A stretch of DNA of 19,319 bases. Origin: a virus. This document shows, one piece after another, positions 1-5,758 of the stretch. Both the position numbers and the translations under genes were made by a program. The notes under the pieces are model-generated. The model saw only the letters and a list, made by a program, of their open reading frames with translations. It had not been told where the DNA came from and made no database searches. The DNA lies in IMG/VR virus record IMGVR_UViG_3300045988_171920; one strand, 5' to 3'. Within the stretch, counting starts at the first letter, position 1. Each line of letters starts with the position of its first letter.

Positions 1-76
1 TCCCTGTTTACAAAACTTCCCCACATGGTTACAATAACTACATGTTATTTAATCTAAACTAGGGCAGAAGATTTTC
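1..76. repeat. Left inverted terminal repeat (76 bp)
   Basis: nt 1-76 equal the reverse complement of 19244-19319 with one mismatch (nt 56 vs nt 19264). Identity stops at nt 77. Confidence 0.95.
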
Positions 77-102
77 ATAATACATCACACAGTGCCATAT
101 AA

Positions 103-133
103 TTTTTACATAAATATTCATCACATAGTATTG
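103..133 (+). promoter_or_regulatory. Subterminal conserved block TTTTTAC-N17-AGTATTG, inward-facing (promoter-like or origin-associated)
   Basis: ATAATTTTTACAT (99-111) and AGTATT (127-132) recur at the same spacing at the right end (19188-19222, - strand), although the surrounding sequence outside the ITR has diverged. Confidence 0.3.
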
Positions 134-151
134 TTAACTATATGCTTATAT

Positions 152-182
152 TGTTCACATTTTTTCTATCATATCGTATGCA
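152..182 (+). promoter_or_regulatory. Candidate promoter TGTTCAC-N16-CGTATGCAATAATT
   Basis: TGTTCAC at 152-158, 16-nt spacer, CGTAT at 175-179. Not embedded in a hairpin. Lies just upstream of the first micro-ORF RBS. Confidence 0.35.
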
Positions 183-201
183 ATAATTAAGAGGTGATTG
201 A

Positions 202-282
202 GTGGGAACATTATTATTTATTTTTATTGTTATTTATATTGTTATTCTTATTATTATGTTAGCAATATATGCATTATCATAA
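202..282 (+). CDS. Hydrophobic micro-protein, 26 aa (GTG start): GTLLFIFIVIYIVILIIMLAIYALS
   Basis: Hand-translated; below the ORF-track cutoff. SD AAGAGGTG lies 5 nt before the GTG. The peptide is almost entirely hydrophobic (one TM helix). Paralogous to 298-366. Confidence 0.35.
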   Translation: MGTLLFIFIVIYIVILIIMLAIYALS

Positions 283-297
283 TTAAGAGGTGATTAA

Positions 298-366
298 ATG
301 GAGATATTATTTTTTATTTTTATTGTTATTCTTTTTATAATTGTTTACCAATTCATCTATAAATAG
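298..366 (+). CDS. Hydrophobic micro-protein, 22 aa: MEILFFIFIVILFIIVYQFIYK
   Basis: Hand-translated. Same SD (AAGAGGTG) and same 5-nt spacing as 202-282. The 5' region is a direct repeat of the first unit (183-234 vs 279-330). Confidence 0.35.
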   Translation: MEILFFIFIVILFIIVYQFIYK

Positions 367-372
367 TATAAT
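342..372 (+). promoter_or_regulatory. Candidate promoter TGTTTAC-N16-AGTATAATATAA (also readable as TTTACC-N17-TATAAT)
   Basis: TATAAT at 367-372 and TTTACC at 344-349 with a 17-nt spacer. AGTATAATATAA is shared with the site at 585-596. Confidence 0.4.
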
Positions 373-431
373 ATAATTGAGCATAGTTCTATCCGACACT
401 TTTTCATTTTTTCTCCTTTCATTTATTTATA

Positions 432-461
432 GCGGAATTAAACCACCATTTTAATTACCGC
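432..461 (+). other. Stem-loop: 11 bp stem with one bulge, 7-nt loop
   Basis: GCGGAATTAAA (432-442) pairs with TTTAATT-A-CCGC (450-461). It sits in a 270-nt non-coding stretch. Confidence 0.5.
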
Positions 462-491
462 ACATTTATTAATCACATATTTTATTCCTGT

Positions 492-508
492 GGGCGATTT
501 ATTCGCCC
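492..508 (+). other. GC-rich stem-loop GGGCGA/TCGCCC (possible weak terminator)
   Basis: 6-bp GC-rich stem with a 5-nt loop. It is followed by TAAAATTT, so there is no clean U-tract. Confidence 0.4.
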
Positions 509-560
509 TAAAATTTACATATATTATACTGGTATTTACTCTTAAATATTTTAAAAATAG

Positions 561-592
561 TGTATACATTAACTCTCAAATATCAGTATAAT
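561..592 (+). promoter_or_regulatory. Candidate promoter for the SSB operon, TGTATAC-N17-AGTATAATATAA
   Basis: TATAAT at 587-592 and TATACA at 563-568 (18-nt spacer), about 45 nt upstream of the SSB start codon. Confidence 0.45.
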
Positions 593-639
593 ATAAATAC
601 AATGAAAATAATAAGTATTAAAGTGAGGTTGATTATTTT

Positions 640-1011
640 ATGAACAAAGTAATTATTAGTGGAAATTTAACAAAGGATATAGATGTAAAGGTATTAGCTA
701 ATGAAACAATAGTAGGTAATTTTACAGTAGCAAATCAAGTAGGTTATGGTGATAAGGCTAAAACTAATTTTGTACCCGTTACAATGTTTGGTCAAAGAGT
801 AGAAAGTTTAGAAAAATTTCTAGTAACTGGTGCTAAAGTTTTAATAGAGGGTGAAATTGATTATAAATCAGTTCAAGATGATAAAGGAAATTGGAAGAAT
901 TACTTTAGTGTAATTGTTCATAACATTGAAATTATTAAATTTAAAGAAGAAAATGTCTTTGAAGAAGATAATAAGAATAAGAGAAATAATAGAAAAGGTG
1001 GTAGAAGATAA
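640..1011 (+). CDS. ssb: Single-stranded DNA-binding protein (bacterial OB-fold type)
   Basis: The N-terminus MNKVIISGNLTKD...FTVA...F..V..FG..E....L.KG..V.IEG matches the canonical SSB OB-fold pattern. SD GTGAGG lies upstream. The C-terminus is basic (NKNKRNNRKGGRR), with no acidic tip. Confidence 0.85.
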   Translation: MNKVIISGNLTKDIDVKVLANETIVGNFTVANQVGYGDKAKTNFVPVTMFGQRVESLEKFLVTGAKVLIEGEIDYKSVQDDKGNWKNYFSVIVHNIEIIKFKEENVFEEDNKNKRNNRKGGRR

Positions 1012-1295
1012 TGGAAAGTATTAAGGCTCATTTATTAACTTTATTAGACGAAGTAACACAAACTTTAGAATTAGCTAAAAAGGTAAAAGTAAACGATAAA
1101 AGGGAATATAATAAATTAATGAGAATGTATGAATCAAACGGTGATTATGTAGATTTAGAAAAATTAGGTAATGATTTAGAAGTTTTATATGATAAAATTG
1201 CTATAGAAGAAAAAGAAATATATGCAATGAAGAAAATCGCATATAGAATTAATAAAGCAATACAATTCGCTAACGGTGAAGAAATAGAAGAATAA
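1011..1295 (+). CDS. Hypothetical protein, helical and charged, 94 aa
   Basis: ORF coupled to ssb by a TAATG overlap and followed by a strong terminator. No recognisable motif. Confidence 0.6.
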   Translation: MESIKAHLLTLLDEVTQTLELAKKVKVNDKREYNKLMRMYESNGDYVDLEKLGNDLEVLYDKIAIEEKEIYAMKKIAYRINKAIQFANGEEIEE

Positions 1296-1301
1296 TATTA
1301 A

Positions 1302-1332
1302 GGTAGACTTTATTGTCTACCTTTTATTTTTT
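1302..1332 (+). terminator. Rho-independent terminator
   Basis: GGTAGAC (1302-1308) pairs with GTCTACC (1315-1321), followed by TTTTATTTTTT. Confidence 0.8.
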
Positions 1333-1346
1333 CAATCGTATATAAT
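1314..1346 (+). promoter_or_regulatory. Candidate late promoter TGTCTAC-N16-CGTATATAATAATT
   Basis: TGTCTAC at 1314-1320, 16-nt spacer, CGTAT at 1337-1341, TATAAT at 1341-1346. Same architecture as the sites at 152, 2882 and 7261. Confidence 0.4.
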
Positions 1347-1510
1347 AATTGTAGTTTATAATACGTTGAATAATAATGCTACAAATACGTACCAAGGTGA
1401 AGAGCCTGTATTTGTAGGGTCGAAAGTGGTATTTCCGTTGTTAACATTTATAAATTGCATTTTTATTGAGTACCCAACGCACTACAAGGTGCATATTTGG
1501 GTATTCTATT
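1347..1510 (+). ncRNA. Highly structured leader or candidate non-coding RNA upstream of the scaffold gene
   Basis: A perfect 10-bp helix (1379-1388/1408-1417). A bipartite 10+4 bp hairpin (1468-1477/1497-1506 and 1479-1482/1489-1492). The region is locally more GC-rich by eye. No convincing ORF. Confidence 0.35.
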
Positions 1511-1538
1511 AAGAATTAATAAATTAAAAGGAGGAATA

Positions 1539-1814
1539 ATGATGGCATTTGAAAATTTGGAACAAGCTAACGATTACCAATTAAAAGCTGAAAAAGAAAT
1601 CGCAGATTTAAAGCAACAACTAGAAAGTCAAAAATCAGTTTTATCAGAAAAAGATGAAACAATTAAATCATATGATGAGCAAGTTAAGAAATTAAAAATT
1701 AAAAATTATGAATTATTTGAACAAGTTTCATCTAGTCCCGAACAAAATAAGTCTAAACCTCAAGATGCTCAACCTAAAATGAGTTATCAAGAGTTTTTAA
1801 ATAAAGTATTATAG
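1539..1814 (+). CDS. Scaffolding protein (phi29 gp7-like coiled coil)
   Basis: ~91 aa, acidic, coiled-coil, immediately upstream of the capsid gene. SD AAAGGAGG at 1527-1534 precedes ATGATG at 1539/1542. The track's TTG start at 1497 is judged less likely. Confidence 0.65.
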   Translation: MMAFENLEQANDYQLKAEKEIADLKQQLESQKSVLSEKDETIKSYDEQVKKLKIKNYELFEQVSSSPEQNKSKPQDAQPKMSYQEFLNKVL

Positions 1815-1829
1815 GAGAGTGATTATATT

Positions 1830-2873
1830 ATGGCATTAGACAACGTTACGTTTGCAAGTATGGTTAGTGATTTAGCAAGTCAAGAATATAAAGACAGAGT
1901 ACCAGTAGCAACACAAGATAACATTGGAAATATTGAAGAAATTATTTCTACTTATCCAACTGCAAAAAATGAGTTTATTAGTGTTTTAACAAATCAAGTT
2001 GCAAAGCAATTATTTTTTAGTAAAGCTTATGAAAATCCGTATAAGTTATTTAACAGAGGTATGCTACCATATGGTAAATCAATAGAGTCTATCTTTGTTG
2101 ACATTATTAAAGGTAAACAAAGAACTCACGAAACAGACACAACTAATTTAGCTAGTGATTTATTAGCAAGAGAAAATCCTAACGTAAAGGTTGAATATTA
2201 CTCTGAAAATTTCAGACACCAATATAAAACAACTATTACTGATGAGGAATTAAAAGGTGCGTTTAGGGCAGAAAACGGATTAAGTTCTATGACTGGTAGA
2301 ATATTACAAGCACCATTAACTTCAATCGAATATGATATGCAAGAAATGGTACTTCATGCTTTACCCGAATTAAAAGGTGGCAAGGCTACTATTAATAAAA
2401 CTGCATATACCGCAATGACCGAAGAAGAAAAAGCAAAAGTATTAGTTAAGACTATAAAGTCACAAGTTATTAAAATGGGATTCTTAAATAACAAACACAA
2501 TGGACAAGGGGTAATGACTTTCTCAAGACCTCAAGACCTTGTTGTTTTCCTTGACCCCGACATGATGGCAAATATTGATGTTGAACTATTAGCACAAGCA
2601 TTCAATATTGATAAGGCAGAAGTTCCACTTCATGTTTTACCAGTTCCACAATTTACTAAGAGAACAGGAACAGGAGAAGAAGCAACTTATGCAGAAGATA
2701 CAGATTGCTTAGCTATTATTTGTGATAAAGACGCAATACAAATTTATGAAACATTAAACAGTTCAGAAACATTCAGAAACCCACAGGGAATATACACAAA
2801 TGTATTCTTCAACAGATGGGGCTTAATGTCAGCTTGTAACTTTGCTAATGTTTGTAGAATAGTAACAGAATAA
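1830..2873 (+). CDS. Major capsid protein
   Basis: 347 aa ORF between the scaffold and tail genes (phi29 gp8 position). Strong SD, followed by a strong terminator. Called by synteny, not by a recognised motif. Confidence 0.7.
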   Translation: MALDNVTFASMVSDLASQEYKDRVPVATQDNIGNIEEIISTYPTAKNEFISVLTNQVAKQLFFSKAYENPYKLFNRGMLPYGKSIESIFVDIIKGKQRTHETDTTNLASDLLARENPNVKVEYYSENFRHQYKTTITDEELKGAFRAENGLSSMTGRILQAPLTSIEYDMQEMVLHALPELKGGKATINKTAYTAMTEEEKAKVLVKTIKSQVIKMGFLNNKHNGQGVMTFSRPQDLVVFLDPDMMANIDVELLAQAFNIDKAEVPLHVLPVPQFTKRTGTGEEATYAEDTDCLAIICDKDAIQIYETLNSSETFRNPQGIYTNVFFNRWGLMSACNFANVCRIVTE

Positions 2874-2878
2874 AAATT

Positions 2879-2902
2879 GGAGGTGTACAAACCTCCTTTT
2901 TT
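2879..2902 (+). terminator. Rho-independent terminator
   Basis: GGAGGT (2879-2884) pairs with ACCTCC (2891-2896), followed by TTTTTT. Confidence 0.8.
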
Positions 2903-2912
2903 GTCGTATATG
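2882..2912 (+). promoter_or_regulatory. Candidate late promoter GGTGTAC-N16-CGTATATG
   Basis: GTGTAC at 2883-2888, 16-nt spacer, CGTAT at 2905-2909. It overlaps the terminator hairpin, so the spacing could reflect terminator geometry. Confidence 0.25.
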
Positions 2913-2934
2913 AAAAAGGAAAGGAAGTGAATTT

Positions 2935-4494
2935 ATGGCAAGACAAAGTACAATTTATTTATTCAATTGTTGGTTTTTAGATGTTGGTCATAATCATACA
3001 GTAAACTTTAACAATGAAACTAATCAATTGAATTTCTTCATGAATTATTTACAGTTTAGAATTGATAATTGCACATATTTAAGAAAAGAAAGAACTTTAA
3101 AAGTTCCAAAATATATTGATGAACTTGCATTATGCAATTATTGTGCATTTCAAAATTCAGTAGATGGTAAGATGGAATACTTTTTTATTTTAAATAAATC
3201 TTATCTATCAGAAAATGTAACAGAACTTACTTTAAAATTAGATGTAATACAAACTTATTGGTTTCAAATGAATTTTACAAAAATTAAATCACATATAGAT
3301 AGACAACATTTGTGGCGTTGGAATCAAGATGGGACAGTTGCAGATTATAATATGTTAGAAAATGAAGATTTTGAAATAGGAGAATATATATTACAAAATA
3401 GAACTCCACTTTATGATTATGAAAATAAAGGCGGTTATATTGTTACTAGTTCTGATAAATTATCTATAAAATATAGTGGTGACAGTGGAAGTGGCGGTAG
3501 TTCGACAAATCAATCAAACTTATATAAGGATAAGTTAGTATCAGCAAACGGTTTTTGGTTTATTAAACAAGTTGAGGGTTTTAGTTCTACCCCTTATAAT
3601 TTAGGTGATGGAACATATACAATAGGGTATGGAACTACAAGTGAGTTTGACTCTGAGCATTATAATCAACTTGCACCCGAGTGTACAGAGGAACAGGCAA
3701 GTAATGTGTTAGCAGAAAGTTTAAAGAAAAATTATTCAACATATGTTTATGATACATTTGTTAATTATGGTTTTGACATGAATAAAATGAAGCAACAACA
3801 TTTTGACGCATTTGTTAGTTTTTACTATAATACTGGTAGTTTATCAAGTAAAACAATTTTCACTAAATATATTAATGGAGATAGTCTTGAGAGTATTGCT
3901 GAGGTTTGGAAAACTACTAATATAATGACAGGGACTCAATTTGAGGAGGGGTTAAGAAATAGAAGAAAAGCTGAAGTAAATATATTTTTAAATGGAGAAT
4001 ACTACTATAAAGATATACCAAATTTAAACGGTGGAACAGTTACAGATAATGACGGAAAAGGCTACATTCCGGTTATGTTTAATAAATATGATACTCCAAC
4101 AAGTACAATAAGACAAAATATTATAAATAGTGCAAAGAAATTGATTGGATTACCTTATGTTTATGGTGGAAATTATCCTCCTTTGGGTAATAGTGCAGGT
4201 ACTGATTGTTCGGGTTTATGCCAATGGGCATATCATGATAATGGTATAAACATATCAAGAACAACATATACGCAAATTAAAGAGGGAAAAGAAGTAACTT
4301 TAGAAGAATGTAAACCGGGTGATTTAGTATTTACTAGAGGTACTAGTGATAATGGTCATGTTGTTATGTTCCATAGTTTTAATAGTGATGGTACAATTCA
4401 TGTAATTGAAGCTAAACAAACAGGTACAAATATAATGGAAAACGATAGAACACCTAATAGCGATTATCGTTATAGAAATTTATTAGGGGATTAA
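2935..4494 (+). CDS. Tail-associated cell-wall hydrolase: tail-knob (gp9-like) N-terminal domain + GH24-type lysozyme + NlpC/P60 peptidase
   Basis: aa 1-160 resemble the phi29 gp9 N-terminus from memory (..YCAFQN..G..YFFI.., LDVIQTYWF, RQHLWRWNQDGT). The middle has FIKQVEGFSSTPYNLGDGTYTIGYGTT (lysozyme). The C-terminus has GLPYVYGG...GTDCSGLCQWAY...GDLVF...GHVVMF (NlpC/P60 Cys/His). Confidence 0.8.
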   Translation: MARQSTIYLFNCWFLDVGHNHTVNFNNETNQLNFFMNYLQFRIDNCTYLRKERTLKVPKYIDELALCNYCAFQNSVDGKMEYFFILNKSYLSENVTELTLKLDVIQTYWFQMNFTKIKSHIDRQHLWRWNQDGTVADYNMLENEDFEIGEYILQNRTPLYDYENKGGYIVTSSDKLSIKYSGDSGSGGSSTNQSNLYKDKLVSANGFWFIKQVEGFSSTPYNLGDGTYTIGYGTTSEFDSEHYNQLAPECTEEQASNVLAESLKKNYSTYVYDTFVNYGFDMNKMKQQHFDAFVSFYYNTGSLSSKTIFTKYINGDSLESIAEVWKTTNIMTGTQFEEGLRNRRKAEVNIFLNGEYYYKDIPNLNGGTVTDNDGKGYIPVMFNKYDTPTSTIRQNIINSAKKLIGLPYVYGGNYPPLGNSAGTDCSGLCQWAYHDNGINISRTTYTQIKEGKEVTLEECKPGDLVFTRGTSDNGHVVMFHSFNSDGTIHVIEAKQTGTNIMENDRTPNSDYRYRNLLGD

Positions 4495-4506
4495 GGAGGG
4501 ATAACA

Positions 4507-5757
4507 ATGGCAACAACTTCAAAAAATGAGCCGGATAGTACAATAATAAATAATATTACAGTTGGTTTATATTATTATTATGTTCCCAAGAACGGGGCAA
4601 GTGAAGCAACTTATTTGGGTTTTGTAAATACAATTGAAAGTGTAACTTATAATCCTTTTATAGATGAAGCTGATATATCAGACGTACGTAAAGCAATATT
4701 TGATACTGCACGTTATGGCAGTCCCGACGGGCAAATTCCATATGTAAAAAGAATTTGCTCATTTGATAAAATTAATTATCAACTAGGTAATACTCAACAA
4801 ATTTATCCTAATAAATCTAATTATAGTTATGATTTTGAGCCTAGAGTTTTATGTTATCCTTTTAGATACTTTTTAATCACTGATTATTCTTCTAATCCAA
4901 TGCTAATTAAACCCGAAAGAATAGAAGATAATGGGTCAAATCAATTTAAGGTTATGGTAAAAACTACTGCTATTAGTTCAGAAAGTAAGTATAATATTTA
5001 TGTTGATAATTATAAATATGATGATGAGGGAAACTTAGAGGGAATGTGCAATAGTACTGCATTAATGTTACCTGTTACTTCATCAGCATATAGCCAATTT
5101 TTAGCAACTTCCGCAAGTTCTTTTAATCAATCAGTTACTAATGCTTTACTAGAAAATGATTTAACATTAAAGCATAACACACAATCAAATAATATGAATT
5201 TTGCACAAAGCACTACAAATAATGCATTGTCTGCAATAGGGAATTTATTAAGTTTAAATTTTGGAGGATTAGCAAGTAATGCAAGTAACCTAGCTTTTGG
5301 ATATATGCAAAACCAATTGGCTAATACTCAAGCAAATGAAAATTCACAATTAAATGAACATAACATTATTAGCATGAAGAATGCAAAAGTTAATGATATG
5401 CTAACAACTCCTAATAGTATTAAAACCGCAGGGAATGACACACTTTTTAATTTAATTAATAGCAATCAAAGAGTTGATTTATTAGAATATAGATGTAATG
5501 TGCAACAAATGTCAAAGGCTCAAGAATATTTTAAACGTTATGGCTACAAAGTTAATGGCTATGATTATATAAATTTAACATGCAGAAAACATTATAATTA
5601 TGTAAAAACTAATGTGTGTAATATTGTAGGTGCAAGAATACCACATGAATACTTAGACGAAATTAAGAGTATTTTTAATAATGGTATTACAGTATGGCAC
5701 ATGGACAACGAGGGAACAACAATGTTTGAATATGATAATAACGCGGAGGTGTATTAG
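4507..5757 (+). CDS. Tail knob / distal tube protein (C-terminal two-thirds of a phi29 gp9-like protein)
   Basis: EPRVLCYPFRYFLITDY, SSAYSQFLA and the C-terminal YFKRYGYKVN...RKHYNYVKT...IFNNGITVWHMDN match remembered gp9 segments (ESKLMMYPYCVTEITDF; FFHKYGYKIN..FNYVQT..IFDNGITLWHTDN). Confidence 0.8.
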   Translation: MATTSKNEPDSTIINNITVGLYYYYVPKNGASEATYLGFVNTIESVTYNPFIDEADISDVRKAIFDTARYGSPDGQIPYVKRICSFDKINYQLGNTQQIYPNKSNYSYDFEPRVLCYPFRYFLITDYSSNPMLIKPERIEDNGSNQFKVMVKTTAISSESKYNIYVDNYKYDDEGNLEGMCNSTALMLPVTSSAYSQFLATSASSFNQSVTNALLENDLTLKHNTQSNNMNFAQSTTNNALSAIGNLLSLNFGGLASNASNLAFGYMQNQLANTQANENSQLNEHNIISMKNAKVNDMLTTPNSIKTAGNDTLFNLINSNQRVDLLEYRCNVQQMSKAQEYFKRYGYKVNGYDYINLTCRKHYNYVKTNVCNIVGARIPHEYLDEIKSIFNNGITVWHMDNEGTTMFEYDNNAEVY

Positions 5758-5758
5758 A

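Noticed and set aside
6-38. GTTTACAAAA and GGTTACAATAAC inside the ITR, read as a TcdR-type (TTTACA / GTTATA-like) promoter
   Set aside because: The spacer is only 15 nt, the -10 match is imperfect, and my recollection of the TcdR-family consensus is unverified. Terminal sequence conservation is more simply explained by replication-origin function.
357-407. 16-aa - strand mini-ORF (MKKCRIELCSIILYYL) with an AAAGGAG upstream, antisense to the end of micro-ORF 2
   Set aside because: It is very short, has no supporting promoter that I could find, and shows no paralogue or other conservation cue. It could fit a type-I toxin/antisense arrangement, but the evidence is too thin.
1497-1538. TTG start extending the scaffold ORF by 14 codons
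   Set aside because: An SD-like AAGGTG does lie 5 nt upstream, but both it and the TTG are buried in the 1468-1506 hairpin. A near-perfect AAAGGAGG-ATG follows at 1527-1541. Kept as an alternative or regulatory possibility only.
5681-5758. N-terminal extension of the portal ORF (track start 5681)
   Set aside because: It would overlap the tail-knob gene by 77 nt. ATG 5759 sits right behind GGAGGTG, and similarity to phi29 gp10 begins after it.
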